NCBI GenBank assembly: GCA_964522165.1
Contig: CAZFVV010000005.1
Span: 1,684 to 65,683, forward strand
Source: an uncultured Calditrichaceae bacterium
GTDB taxonomy: Bacteria; Calditrichota; Calditrichia; RBG-13-44-9; J075
Length of the DNA: 64,000 nucleotides
Direction of reading: 5' to 3'
Shown here: positions 19,874-30,182 of the stretch, piece after piece
Layout of the letters: each line of letters begins with the position of its first letter
Position numbering within the stretch: the first letter of the stretch is position 1
The notes under the pieces: generated by a model
What the model was told of the DNA's origin: nothing
The model's input: only the letters and a program-made list of their open reading frames with translations
Database searches by the model: none
Made by a program: the position numbers and the translations under genes

Positions 19874-20046
19874 GAAACATCAAGAACCAGGGACCGAGAA
19901 CCAGAAGCCAATTAAGGGGGCCGGCAACCGGCTCCTGAAATCGAGTTCACAAACCCTGGATATTGAAAGTCTGGTTCTTGGTTCTTGCTTTCCGGGAGTT
20001 TTGTTTATATCTTTGCCCGGTTTTTAAGTCTGAAAGGAGTTTTACG

Positions 20047-20250
20047 ATGAAAAAAGACATTCATCCGAAATATCAAATGACCAAGGTAAGCTGCGCGTGC
20101 GGCAATACCTTCGAGACCCGTTCTACGGTAGAAACCCTGCACGTGGAAATTTGCTCGAATTGCCATCCCTTCTTCACCGGCAAACAAAAATTAGTGGACT
20201 CTGCCGGCCGGGTGGAAAAATTCCTGCGCAAATACGGCGACCGTCGTTAG
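20047..20250 (+). CDS. rpmE: 50S ribosomal protein L31.
   Basis: The protein begins MKKDIHPKY and carries a CxxC...CxxC zinc ribbon. GGAG lies upstream of the internal ATG. The track ORF is extended at the N-terminus. Confidence 0.9.
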   Translation: MKKDIHPKYQMTKVSCACGNTFETRSTVETLHVEICSNCHPFFTGKQKLVDSAGRVEKFLRKYGDRR

Positions 20251-20273
20251 AGCCACAGGCGTTCAAATTTTAA

Positions 20274-20311
20274 AAGCGGGATACCCGGGATGGGGTATTC
20301 CGCTTTTTATT
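20274..20311 (+). terminator. Rho-independent terminator after rpmE.
   Basis: The hairpin GCGGGATACCC/GGGTATTCCGC is followed by TTTTTATTT. Confidence 0.6.
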
Positions 20312-20499
20312 TCTAAGACTGTTCTAAAATTTGCCACGAGGTCTCTAAAGCACAAAGTTCCACAAAAAAATGTTTAAAAATTTTTTTTAGTGAAGCTTCG
20401 CGCCTTGGTGGCTTCGTGGCAGAAAAAAAAAGAGTTTTTTTAAACAGCTTTAAGCGCGGATTTCGCGCCAATTTCTTTCATAGAAAGGCAGTGAATCCA

Positions 20500-21609
20500 A
20501 TGCTCGAAAAACTTCGGGGGATTGAACAACGCTTCGAGAAGATCGCCGGGCAGATGGCCGACCCGCTGATCGCCTCGGACCACGAAAAATACAGCCGCCT
20601 GGCCAGGGAATATGCGGAACTGGAAGAAATCGCCCAAAAATCCCGCCAATATCGCCAGGTGCTGGACCGTATCAAAGATTCCCGCGCCATTCTTGAAGAC
20701 TCGGATGACGCGGAACTTCTGCAATTAGCCAGGGAAGAGTTAGAAATGCTGGAGGAGCAGGAAAAAAAGCTGGAGAAGGAAATCCAGCGCCTCCTGGTCC
20801 CGGCAGATCCCAATGATAACAAGAATACCATTGTGGAAATTCGCGCCGGCACCGGGGGGGATGAAGCGGGAATCTTTGCCGGCGATCTTTACCGGATGTA
20901 TTCCCGGTATTGCGAAAATAACCGTTGGAAAATCGAACCCATCAGCGCCAGCATCTCCGAGCGCGGCGGGTTCAAGGAAATCATTTTTTCCGTGAGCGGC
21001 AAGGGCGCGTACGGGCGCTTGAAATACGAGAGCGGGGTGCACCGGGTGCAGCGGGTTCCGGAAACCGAATCCCAGGGGCGCATCCATACTTCCGCGGCCT
21101 CGGTGGCGGTGCTGCCGGAAGCGGAAGGGGTGGAAATCGATATCAAGCCCAATGACATCCGGGTGGACGTTTTTCGCTCTTCCGGGCACGGCGGGCAGCA
21201 CGTGAACACCACGGACTCCGCGGTACGGATCGTCCATATCCCCACCGGGCTGATGGTCTCCTGCCAGGATGAAAAATCGCAGCTCAAGAACAAAGACAAG
21301 GCCATGAAAGTCCTCAAAGCGCGGCTATACGACCTGGAATTACGCAAACAGCAGGAGAGCATCTCCAGCCAGCGGCGGAATATGATCCGCAGCGGCGACC
21401 GCAGCGAAAAAATTCGCACCTATAATTTCCCCCAGGGGCGGGTGACCGAACATCGCATCCATCTCACCCTCTATCGCCTGGAGGAAATCATGCAGGGCGA
21501 TCTGGATATGATCATCGACGAGCTGCAACTGGCGGAACAGGCGGAACGGTTGGGAGAATCCCTGGCTACGAAACCGGAAGAAACCGCGCCGCAATACGCC
21601 AATGGCTGA
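20500..21609 (+). CDS. prfA: Peptide chain release factor 1.
   Basis: A GGQ motif ([11 protein letters not shown]) and a PxT-region are present. The start is trimmed to [14 protein letters not shown]. Confidence 0.95.
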   Translation: MLEKLRGIEQRFEKIAGQMADPLIASDHEKYSRLAREYAELEEIAQKSRQYRQVLDRIKDSRAILEDSDDAELLQLAREELEMLEEQEKKLEKEIQRLLVPADPNDNKNTIVEIRAGTGGDEAGIFAGDLYRMYSRYCENNRWKIEPISASISERGGFKEIIFSVSGKGAYGRLKYESGVHRVQRVPETESQGRIHTSAASVAVLPEAEGVEIDIKPNDIRVDVFRSSGHGGQHVNTTDSAVRIVHIPTGLMVSCQDEKSQLKNKDKAMKVLKARLYDLELRKQQESISSQRRNMIRSGDRSEKIRTYNFPQGRVTEHRIHLTLYRLEEIMQGDLDMIIDELQLAEQAERLGESLATKPEETAPQYANG

Positions 21610-21705
21610 GCGCGAAAGCTGACGGCTGAATCGCTATAGATTTGCGCTTTCATAATTCATTCGGAAGTTGGTCAACGTTGAAGATTCTGCTGGACATTTA
21701 GTTAC

Positions 21706-22578
21706 TTGGAAAAGTCTGAAATCTGGACCGTGCAAAAAGTCCTGAACTGGACCGTAGCATATTTTACCTCCAAACAGATTCCCGAACCCCGATTGAGCGC
21801 CGAGCTGCTGCTGGCGCACGCGCTGGATTGCAAGCGGATCGAATTATACCTGCAATTCGAGCGCACCCTTTCCCCCCGGGAACTGGCCGCTTACCGCGCC
21901 GGCATTCAACGCCGGGCGCAGCGGGAACCGGTGCAGTACATCCTGGGGAAGAGCGAATTCATGGGATTGCCCTTCAAAGTGAGCCCGGCGGTGCTGATTC
22001 CCCGCCCGGATACGGAAGTGCTGGTCGATTGCGCCATCGAATATCTGAAGCGCATGGAGCTTCCCGCGCCCCGGATCCTCGACGTCGGCGCCGGGAGCGG
22101 CTGTATCGCCGTCTCGCTGGCGAAATTTTTCCCCGCGGCGGAGGTTTGGGCAATAGAAAAAAGCGCCCCGGCGCTCCAAATCGCCCGGGAAAACGCCGCC
22201 GCGAATACGGTAGAAATTCGTTTTCTGGAAACGGATTTTTTTGCGGATTTTCCCGGCAGGGAGACCCAATTTCATCTGCTGGTAACAAACCCTCCCTATG
22301 TAGCCGATAGTGATTGGGAAACTTTGCAGCCGGAAGTGCGCCGTTTCGAGCCGGAAGAGGCTCTGCGGGGCGGGCCGGATGGCTTGGCGTTTTACCGCCG
22401 CCTGGCTCCCTTGCTGCCGGGGATGCTCGCGCCAGACGGTGCCGTAATCATGGAAACCGGTTACAACCAGGCCCGGGCAGTGGCGGAGCTGCTGGAAAAG
22501 CAGCAATTTGCAGCAGAAATTCGCAGGGATTATCAGCAGATCGAGCGGGTAGTGATTGGGAGAAGGGAGCGAAAATGA
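21706..22578 (+). CDS. prmC: Release factor glutamine N5-methyltransferase (HemK/PrmC).
   Basis: NPPY motif (LVTNPPY) and a SAM-binding DVGAGSG motif are present. It lies downstream of prfA. It apparently uses a TTG start. Confidence 0.85.
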   Translation: MEKSEIWTVQKVLNWTVAYFTSKQIPEPRLSAELLLAHALDCKRIELYLQFERTLSPRELAAYRAGIQRRAQREPVQYILGKSEFMGLPFKVSPAVLIPRPDTEVLVDCAIEYLKRMELPAPRILDVGAGSGCIAVSLAKFFPAAEVWAIEKSAPALQIARENAAANTVEIRFLETDFFADFPGRETQFHLLVTNPPYVADSDWETLQPEVRRFEPEEALRGGPDGLAFYRRLAPLLPGMLAPDGAVIMETGYNQARAVAELLEKQQFAAEIRRDYQQIERVVIGRRERK

Positions 22579-22715
22579 AAAATGCAAAACGAAAGCGCTT
22601 GCCTCGGAGTTTTCCTGGCCTTCAGGGGGCGTGTAATGCGGGGTGAGATGTGAGAAGTGAAAATTAAGATTCCGGCCCGGCCGGATGGTAGTTAAACATA
22701 ATCGAGAATTATACT

Positions 22716-24983
22716 ATGGCAAAAAAGAAATCTAAGCAATCTAAACAATCCAAAACCCCGTTCCGGCAAGAAATCATCGATTTTTTGCACCGAAAACGGG
22801 GAAAATCTTTTAAACGGAAAGAGATTTCCCACTCCCTGGGAGTGAATAAAACCAACTATCATTTATTCCATGAGGCCCTGGCGGAGCTGGCCCGCTCAGG
22901 GGAGATCGTGAAAGCAAAAGGGGGGCGCTACACCAGCGCTTCCAGCCTGCAAAAAATTCAAGGGTCGCTGCAAATGACCCGCAAGGGCTTTGCTTTCGTC
23001 GCCGACGAGCGCACCGGGGAGGAAATCTTCATCTCCGCCCAAAACCTCAACACCGCGCTGAATCAAGACCTCGTCGAGGTGCAGTTGTTCGGCGTTTCCC
23101 GGGGAAAGAACAAAGAGGGGCGGGTGGTGCAAATCATTTCCCGCGCCCGCACCACTTTCGTGGGAACTTATCACAAGAGCGAATACTACGGGTTCGTGGT
23201 TCCCGACGATCCCCGGGTGTACCGCGACTTCTACATCCACGAAAAAAAATCCCTTTCGGCTGCAAACGGCCAGAAAGTGGTGGTGGAACTGGAAAAATGG
23301 GATACATCGCAGCTCAACCCGGAAGGCAATATTATCGAAATTTTAGGCTATCCCGGCGACCCGGGAGTGGACGTATCTTCCGTGGCGATTGGCCACGGCC
23401 TGCAACTGGGTTTCAGTAAAAAGGTAGCGGAAGAAGCCCGGAAAATGCGCCTGCTGATCACTCCCGAGGAGCTTTCCCGGCGGCTGGATTTGCGGAAGGA
23501 ACAGACCTTCACCATCGACCCGCTCGATGCGAAAGATTTCGACGACGCGGTCTCGCTGGAAAAATTGGAAAACGGGCACTACCGCCTGGGGGTGCATATC
23601 GCCGACGTCAGCTTTTTCGTCAAAGAGGGCACCCCGCTGGATAAAGAAGCCTTGCAGCGCGGCACCAGCGTTTACTTAGTTGACCGGGTCATCCCCATGC
23701 TGCCGGAGCACCTTTCCAACGAAATGTGCAGCTTGCAGCCCCACCAGGACCGCCTGACCTTTAGCTGCATTATGGATATCACCCCCCGCGGCGAGGTGGT
23801 GGATTACCGGGTTCTCCCCTCGATTATCAACAGCAAACGGCGCTTTACCTACGAGGAAGTGCAGGCCATCGTCGATGATCCCCATTCTGGCGACCCCTTT
23901 GCAGAAGCGCTCAAAGAAATGCACCGCTTCAGCCGGATTTTGCGCGCCAGGCGCTTCCGGGAAGGCAGCATCGACTTCAATACCCCGGAAGTGAAATTCC
24001 GGTTGGACGCCCGGGGACGCCCCCTGGAAATTATCCCGGTGCAGCATTTAGAAAGCCACGAGTTAATCGAAGAGTTCATGCTGATGGCCAACCAGACCGT
24101 GGCGAAACACGTGTACCGGCTTTCCCGCCAGCTTGGCGGGGAAGGGACCGCCGGCGACGCAGAGACTCGCCCACAAACCGGCAAAGGCCGGGCTGCCCGG
24201 GGCAAATCTTCCAAAGTTGCTGCCGGCAAAGACGGCAAGCTGCTGCCTTATGTTTTCAGGATTCACGAGCGCCCGGATAAGGAGAAGCTGTTAAAATTCG
24301 GCGACTTTATGCACGCCCTGGGCTACCGGGTCAAGCTGAAGCAGAATCTCTCTCCCGGCGATTTCCAGGCGGTGTTGAAGCAGATCGAGGGCGGCAAAGA
24401 TGAAATCCTGATCAAAGAAGTAGCCCTGCGCACCATGATGAAAGCGGTTTATTCCACCAAAAACGTCGGGCATTTCGGGCTGGCGTTCCGGGATTATACC
24501 CACTTCACTTCGCCCATCCGCCGTTACCCGGATTTAATGGTGCACCGCCTGCTGAAGGAGTACCAGGCCCCGCCCGACCCCAAACGGCTGCAAGAGCTGC
24601 GCAGATTGTTGAAAGAAGTGTGCGAGATCTCTTCCCGGCAGGAGCGCCAGGCCATGGAGGCGGAGCGCGAGAGCGTGCGCATCAAACAGGTGGAGTGGTT
24701 GATGCAGCACCAGAACGAAGAGTTCGAGGGGTTGATTTCCGGGGTGATGTCCTACGGGATTTTCGTGGAAACCATTCCCTACCTCATCGAAGGGCTGGCG
24801 CGGATCGAAACCCTGGCGGATGATTTCTACATCTACGATGAAAAAACCTACTCCCTGATCGGAAAAGATACCGGCCGGGTGCTGCGCTTGGGCGACAGCG
24901 TGCGGGTGAAAGTGGCCCGCATCGACCGGGAGCATAACGAGGTGGATTTTCTGCTGGTAGAGGAGAGGGGGGAGAATACGTAA
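22716..24983 (+). CDS. rnr: Ribonuclease R (RNB-family 3'-5' exoribonuclease with S1 domain).
   Basis: A basic N-terminal region, RNB catalytic region motifs and a C-terminal S1 region are present. Confidence 0.9.
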   Translation: MAKKKSKQSKQSKTPFRQEIIDFLHRKRGKSFKRKEISHSLGVNKTNYHLFHEALAELARSGEIVKAKGGRYTSASSLQKIQGSLQMTRKGFAFVADERTGEEIFISAQNLNTALNQDLVEVQLFGVSRGKNKEGRVVQIISRARTTFVGTYHKSEYYGFVVPDDPRVYRDFYIHEKKSLSAANGQKVVVELEKWDTSQLNPEGNIIEILGYPGDPGVDVSSVAIGHGLQLGFSKKVAEEARKMRLLITPEELSRRLDLRKEQTFTIDPLDAKDFDDAVSLEKLENGHYRLGVHIADVSFFVKEGTPLDKEALQRGTSVYLVDRVIPMLPEHLSNEMCSLQPHQDRLTFSCIMDITPRGEVVDYRVLPSIINSKRRFTYEEVQAIVDDPHSGDPFAEALKEMHRFSRILRARRFREGSIDFNTPEVKFRLDARGRPLEIIPVQHLESHELIEEFMLMANQTVAKHVYRLSRQLGGEGTAGDAETRPQTGKGRAARGKSSKVAAGKDGKLLPYVFRIHERPDKEKLLKFGDFMHALGYRVKLKQNLSPGDFQAVLKQIEGGKDEILIKEVALRTMMKAVYSTKNVGHFGLAFRDYTHFTSPIRRYPDLMVHRLLKEYQAPPDPKRLQELRRLLKEVCEISSRQERQAMEAERESVRIKQVEWLMQHQNEEFEGLISGVMSYGIFVETIPYLIEGLARIETLADDFYIYDEKTYSLIGKDTGRVLRLGDSVRVKVARIDREHNEVDFLLVEERGENT

Positions 24984-25075
24984 GGCGTATTGCGTATTTC
25001 GTAACACGTAATGCGTAACACGTAATTTTTCTTACGCATTACGCATCACGTTTTACGTTTCACGCATCACGTTTC
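24984..25075. repeat. Member of the ATGCGTAACA / TTCACGC-rich intergenic repeat family (plus orientation).
   Basis: The sequence CGTATTGCGTATTTCGTAACACGTAATGCGTAACACG...CGTTTCACGCATCACGTTTCA is related to the repeats at 26462, 37169 and 38071. Confidence 0.5.
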
Positions 25076-25104
25076 ATTTGAATATCCCGTCCGGTCCCGC
25101 CATA

Positions 25105-26349
25105 TCACCGCATCAACATCATCTTGCGGGTTTCTACGAACGAACCGGCGCGCAGGCGGTAGAGGTACAGTCCGCTGGCAACCGCAGCGCCTTTTTCATT
25201 CCGGCCGTCCCATTTTACCTGGTAACGCCCGCCGGCCTGGGGCGCCTGCACCAGGGTGCGCACCGGCTGGCCCAGCAGGTTGAATACCGTCAACTCCACG
25301 TTCGCGGAAGCGGGAAGCTGGTAGCTGATCACCGTTTCCGGGTTGAAGGGGTTGGGAAAATTCTGGAACAGATCAAAGGTGGTGACCGGCGCGAGCGGTT
25401 CGTTGCCGATGCTCACGATGGGTTCCACGGTCACGTTGGCGTCGTTGACGGTCAAGAAAGGCAGTAAATTGACAAAAGTGAAGGCCGCGGCCATGGCGGT
25501 GTAATTCAAATCAATGGCGGTGGACGCGGTGGCGGTAATGTTAGCGGCGGTAAAGGTCAGTTCCAGCACCTCGAACGCGCCGGCCTGCCCCAGCGCCTTG
25601 GCGCCGTTGAAGATGATGGTGCCGTTAGCGGCGTTCAGGTCGTTCACAAACCCGGTAAATCCTGCCAAAATCCCGGAATTGCTTTCATATTGCAGCACCG
25701 CGGGGTTCCAGGCCAGGTTCCCGGTAAAACTGCCTAAGTTCTCATCGGGCGGGTTCACGCCGGTCATGTCGAAATGGATTCTCACCACCAGGGTTTCCCC
25801 GCTGTTGATGGTGGTATCGGGAGGCAACACCGAGGAAACGACCGAGTTGACCGGGTTCAAAACCGTAATCGTTGCGTCGTTAACCGTTAAAATGGGCAGC
25901 AGGTTCACGAAGGTAAAGGCCGCCGCCATGGCAGTATAATTCAGATCGATGACGGTAGCGCCAGGGTCCCCGGCAACGAATTTCAGCGTCAAAACGTCAA
26001 AAGTGCCGCCCTGGCCCAACGCCTTGGCCCCGTTGAAGATCATGGTGCCGTTAGCGGCGTTCAGGTCGTTCACAAACCCGGTAAATCCTGCCAAAATCCC
26101 GGAATTGCTGACATATTGCAGTCTCGCGGGATTCCAGTTCAAATTCCCGGTAAAGCTTCCCAACACCTCCGTGGTTCCGGTCATATCGAAATTGATCGCG
26201 ACCGTAAGGGTATCCCCGGGATTGAGGGTGTTGTCGGAGGGCACCACTGTTGAAACAACCGACTGGGAAAATCCCGCCGTGGCGGCCAGTAACACCGCGA
26301 ACACCAACATCCCAAATCCGTTTCGTAAATCGTAGAACAACTGTTTCAT
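25105..26349 (-). CDS. T9SS C-terminal-target-domain secreted protein with two tandem cohesin-like beta-sandwich repeats.
   Basis: A signal peptide is followed by two roughly 150-aa repeats (SFTGNLxWNPAxLQY...[15 protein letters not shown]). The C-terminal sorting domain reads [17 protein letters not shown]...LGQPV. Confidence 0.7.
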   Translation of the reverse strand: MKQLFYDLRNGFGMLVFAVLLAATAGFSQSVVSTVVPSDNTLNPGDTLTVAINFDMTGTTEVLGSFTGNLNWNPARLQYVSNSGILAGFTGFVNDLNAANGTMIFNGAKALGQGGTFDVLTLKFVAGDPGATVIDLNYTAMAAAFTFVNLLPILTVNDATITVLNPVNSVVSSVLPPDTTINSGETLVVRIHFDMTGVNPPDENLGSFTGNLAWNPAVLQYESNSGILAGFTGFVNDLNAANGTIIFNGAKALGQAGAFEVLELTFTAANITATASTAIDLNYTAMAAAFTFVNLLPFLTVNDANVTVEPIVSIGNEPLAPVTTFDLFQNFPNPFNPETVISYQLPASANVELTVFNLLGQPVRTLVQAPQAGGRYQVKWDGRNEKGAAVASGLYLYRLRAGSFVETRKMMLMR

Positions 26350-26461
26350 AGAAACCCCTTCGAGTTAGGTTGAATAAGACCTCATTAATTTAACTGATGA
26401 GGCGCAATATAAGACGCCCGGCGAAATTCTCAAAATGGAAATATGGAGATTTTGAATAATA

Positions 26462-26505
26462 ATCCGTGAAACGTGAAACGCAATGCGTAAAACGTGCGGT
26501 GCGCC
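26462..26505. repeat. Member of the same ATGCGTAACA / TTCACGC repeat family, in inverted orientation relative to 24984-25075.
   Basis: CGTGAAACGTGAAACGCAATGCGTAAAACG is the reverse complement of the CGTTTCACG / TACGCATTGCG motifs. Confidence 0.45.
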
Positions 26506-26644
26506 TGTCCGGACTTTGCCGCCGGGTTAAAGAAAAACCATTTTCTACCGAAATCTGTAATGGTAGCGAAGCGCAGCAGGAACGGCTGGTATCGGAAGCT
26601 TATCATTGAAATCAGAACAGCGGCTCAGGTCGCCGGAGTTTTTC

Positions 26645-27814
26645 ATGCCCGAATCCCTTCAAAATTGTGTGATCATCGACGCGGTGCGCAGCCCTATCGG
26701 CACCCGCGGGGGAATGCTGGCCGGTATTCGCCCGGATAATTTGATGGCCCAGGTGATCAGCGGATTGTTAACCCGCAACCCGGCGCTGCCGCTGGATCTC
26801 ATGGATGACGTGGTGTTGGGATGCGCCTTTCCCGAAGGCGCCCAGGGATTGTTGTTAGCGCGCTCCGCGGCGATTCTGGCGGGAATCCCGGTCTCTGCGC
26901 CCGCCAAAATCGTCAGCCGGCTGGGCGGCTCTTCCATGGATGCCGTTCACCAGGTAGATGCCGCGGTTCAATTGGAGGATTACCGGGCTGCGATTGCCGG
27001 GGGGATTGAAGATATGTTTTCAGTGCCGGAAGGAGGGTTCAATCCCAGCTATCACCCGGAGCTGGTGAAAAAAAATTATTACCTGCGCATGGGCGAAAGC
27101 GCGGAAATTCTGGCCCGGGAGGGCAAAATCGAACGGGAAGTGCAGGAAGAATTCGCCCTCGCTTCTCACTTCAAGGCGCTGGACGCCTGGGAAAAAGGAC
27201 GTTTCAACAACGAGGTCATCCCGGTCCAGCACCTCAACGCCATTATCGCCCGCGATGAAGGGCCGCGAAAGCCGGAAGAGCGGGATTTTGCCTCCCTGGC
27301 GCCGGAAATTTTTCCCGGCGGCACCATTACCGCAGCCACCCGCAGCCCCGCTTCCGTGGGCGCCGCGGCGCTGCTGATGATGGGCGAAACCCTGGCCGAG
27401 GAATTAGGATTGAAACCGCGCGCCCGGCTGCTCTCCCGGGCGGTTGCCGGGGTGGAATGGGAGCGCAGCGGGATGGGCGCGCTGGCCGCCGCGGAAAAAG
27501 CCCTGCACAAAGCCGGGTTGACTATCGAGGAGATCGACGCCATCGAACTGGATGAATCCTTTGCCGCCCAGGCGCTTTACGTGATCCTGAAAAGCGGCTG
27601 GCCGTTCCGTAAAATCAACCTGAACGGCGGCGCGCTGGCCCTGGGACACCCTCCCGGCTGCGCCGGCGCACGGATGTTAGTTACCCTGCTCAACGTGTTA
27701 GAGCAGCGCCGCAGCCGCTACGGGCTGGCCGCGCTGAGTATTGCCGGGGGGCAAGGAATCTCCACGGTGCTGGAGCGGATCCCCGGAGAAGGCTGGGATG
27801 GGAAGACCGATTGA
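26645..27814 (+). CDS. Thiolase-fold (acetyl-CoA C-acyltransferase-like) protein lacking both catalytic cysteines.
   Basis: The thiolase N-terminal motif (IIDAVRSPIGTRGG) and the C-terminal NLNGGALALGHP motif are present. The nucleophile position reads SRLGGSSMDA (G in place of C). The C-terminal CIGGG position reads LSIAGGQG (S in place of C). Confidence 0.75.
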   Translation: MPESLQNCVIIDAVRSPIGTRGGMLAGIRPDNLMAQVISGLLTRNPALPLDLMDDVVLGCAFPEGAQGLLLARSAAILAGIPVSAPAKIVSRLGGSSMDAVHQVDAAVQLEDYRAAIAGGIEDMFSVPEGGFNPSYHPELVKKNYYLRMGESAEILAREGKIEREVQEEFALASHFKALDAWEKGRFNNEVIPVQHLNAIIARDEGPRKPEERDFASLAPEIFPGGTITAATRSPASVGAAALLMMGETLAEELGLKPRARLLSRAVAGVEWERSGMGALAAAEKALHKAGLTIEEIDAIELDESFAAQALYVILKSGWPFRKINLNGGALALGHPPGCAGARMLVTLLNVLEQRRSRYGLAALSIAGGQGISTVLERIPGEGWDGKTD

Positions 27815-30182
27815 AAAAGCAGCGGTGCTGGGGGCAGGGCTGAGGGGAATACAGATCGCCGCCCAGTTTGCCAACGCCGGCGTTCCCACGCTGTTGTTCG
27901 ACGTCTCTCAACCCGCCGCGGAAAAGGCGATTGCCGCCCTGGCCCGCATCCGCCCCGCGCCGCTGTTCCACCCGGAAAACGCTTCACTGCTCGTCCCCTG
28001 CAATTATCGCGACCACCTCAACCGCCTGGATGAAGCCGACTGGGTGCTGGAAGCGATTGTGGAGCGCGCGGATGCGAAAGTGAAGTTGTTTACCGCCATT
28101 CTCCCTCACCTTAAACCGGAAACCATTGTCAGCTCCAGCGGGGCCGGTTTGTCATTAAGCGAAATGTCCCGCCGTCTCCCCCCGGAATTCACGGAATATT
28201 TTCTCATCACCCATTTCTTCCACTCTCCCCGCTACAATCGCCTCCTGGAGATGGTCGGCAGCGCATACAACCGCCCGGAGCTGCTGCGGAAAACCGCGGT
28301 ATTTTGTGAAAACACCCTGGGGAAGGGGGTCGTGCTCGCTAAAGACACCCCCGGGCTTCTGGCTTACCGGATCGGGGTATTTGCTATCCTGCTGGCATTG
28401 GCCCTGGCGCGCCGGATGAACCTGCCGTTGGAAGAGGCCGACCGCCTCGTCGCGGCCGTAACCGGCTGCCCGGGGGACGGTATCTTCGGGGTTGCGGATA
28501 TGCTGGGATTAGACCTGGTAGCGCGGCTGGCCCTGGCGATCCGGGAAAAGTGCCCCGGCGATGAAGCGCGGGAAATGTTCCGCGTTCCCGCGCTCTTGAA
28601 AACCATGCTGCAACGAAAATGGACCGGGAAAAAAAGCGGGCGCGGGTTTTACGACCGGGAAGGGGAAATTCCCCGCTGCCTGGACTGGCAATCCCTGGAA
28701 TATCGCCCCTGCCAGGCGGTAAGCCTCCCCGGCCTGGAGAACGCCGAACAGCAGCCCTCCCGCGACGAGAGAATCCGCGCGCTGGCCTTCTCCGCCGATT
28801 CCGCCGGTAAATTCGTTTGGGAATTTTTTTCCCGGCTCCTCATTTACGCCGCCAACCGCGTTCCGGAAGCCGCCGATGACCTCGCCGCCGTGGATAACGC
28901 CGTCAAGTGGGGTTTCGAGTGGGAAGCGGGGCCGTTCGAGATTTGGGATGCGCTCGGCCCGGAAAAATCCATCGCGCGGATGCGGGCGGAAGGCAAAAAA
29001 GCGCCGTTGTGGGTGCAGGCGATGATCCACGCCGGGCAGGGAACTTTCTACGCCTTTGAGAAAGGGACGGCCGGCTACTTTGACGTTCACAGCGGCAAAG
29101 TACGTTCCCTGCCGGAAGATTCCCGGGTGATCCCGCTGCTGTCAGAAAAAAGAAAAAGCGCGGCGATGCGGGAAGTTCCCGGCGCGAGCCTGTGGGACCT
29201 GGGCCAGGGGGTATTGTGCGCGGAGATTTTGAGCAACCGCCAGTGGGTACCCATGGCTTCGCCGCCGGAATTGAACTGGCTGGAGCCGCCCCTGCTCGAT
29301 CTTTTGGAAGAAACGCTGGAAATCATTCCTGCCGGGGGATACAAAGGATTGGTCATCGCCGCCCGGGGTCCCCATTTCTCAACCGGAACCGGCCTGGCGG
29401 CTCTTCTTACGCTGTGCGAAACACGGCAGTGGGGGAAAATCGAATGGATGTGCCGGAAATGGCAGGACGCCGGTCAGCGGCTGCGCTATGCCCCCTTTCC
29501 GGTGGTGAGCGTGCCGTTTCACCGCGCCCTGAACGCCGGGCTGGAGCTGGCCCTGGCGGCGGACCGGGTAGTCGCGGCGGCGGAATTCTACGGCGGGCTT
29601 ACCTGGGCAGAAGCCGGGCTGATACCTCTCTGCGGCGGGGTTTTGCGATTGCTGCGCAACCACTTCGAAGCAATGGAAGCGGAGCAGCCGGGGCCTTTTC
29701 CCCCGGTTCAGAAAACGTTCGAGACCCTTTTCTCCGCCCGGGTTTCCGCTTCCGCGGCTGAGGCGCTGGCGCTGGGGTATTTGAAAACGCAGGATCGCAT
29801 CGTGATGAACCGCGGTCACCTGATCTACCATGCCCGGCAGGCGGTGTTGGAGCTGGCGGAAAATTATCGCCCCCCGCAGCCGCCGGGCAACCTCGTTCTG
29901 CCCGGGGAAGGAGGGCGGCTGGTGTTGGAAACGCGCCTGGATAACCTCGTGAAAGCCGGCAACATCAGCCCTTACGATGGCCTGGTCGGCAAAAAATTGG
30001 CATACGTATTGACCGGCGGCAACCAGGCCGGGCCGCTGGCCGCGGTTTCCGAGCAAACCATATTGGATTTGGAGCGGGAAATGGCGGTAAGCCTGTGCAG
30101 AGAAGCGCCGGCGCGGGAACGCCTGGCGCATTTTCTGTCGAAGACTCCTTCGCAGAAGACCGGCGGCCGGCTGCGGAATTGA
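27798..30182 (+). CDS. Fused 3-hydroxyacyl-CoA dehydrogenase (N-terminal) / enoyl-CoA hydratase-isomerase (C-terminal) protein.
   Basis: The NAD-binding motif is GAGLRG. The HACD motif is HFFHSP. The crotonase motif is ALNAGLELALAAD. The start overlaps the upstream thiolase-like gene. Confidence 0.75.
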   Translation: MGRPIEKAAVLGAGLRGIQIAAQFANAGVPTLLFDVSQPAAEKAIAALARIRPAPLFHPENASLLVPCNYRDHLNRLDEADWVLEAIVERADAKVKLFTAILPHLKPETIVSSSGAGLSLSEMSRRLPPEFTEYFLITHFFHSPRYNRLLEMVGSAYNRPELLRKTAVFCENTLGKGVVLAKDTPGLLAYRIGVFAILLALALARRMNLPLEEADRLVAAVTGCPGDGIFGVADMLGLDLVARLALAIREKCPGDEAREMFRVPALLKTMLQRKWTGKKSGRGFYDREGEIPRCLDWQSLEYRPCQAVSLPGLENAEQQPSRDERIRALAFSADSAGKFVWEFFSRLLIYAANRVPEAADDLAAVDNAVKWGFEWEAGPFEIWDALGPEKSIARMRAEGKKAPLWVQAMIHAGQGTFYAFEKGTAGYFDVHSGKVRSLPEDSRVIPLLSEKRKSAAMREVPGASLWDLGQGVLCAEILSNRQWVPMASPPELNWLEPPLLDLLEETLEIIPAGGYKGLVIAARGPHFSTGTGLAALLTLCETRQWGKIEWMCRKWQDAGQRLRYAPFPVVSVPFHRALNAGLELALAADRVVAAAEFYGGLTWAEAGLIPLCGGVLRLLRNHFEAMEAEQPGPFPPVQKTFETLFSARVSASAAEALALGYLKTQDRIVMNRGHLIYHARQAVLELAENYRPPQPPGNLVLPGEGGRLVLETRLDNLVKAGNISPYDGLVGKKLAYVLTGGNQAGPLAAVSEQTILDLEREMAVSLCREAPARERLAHFLSKTPSQKTGGRLRN

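Noticed and set aside
18632-19911. Antisense ORFs over rho (18632..19333-, 19042..19911-).
   Set aside because: rho is unambiguous. The antisense frames are compositional artefacts.
24984-25075. Possible CRISPR array from the repeated CGTAA / CACG motifs.
   Set aside because: The repeats are short and irregularly spaced with no spacer periodicity and no cas genes. They are better explained as a REP- or MITE-like repeat family.
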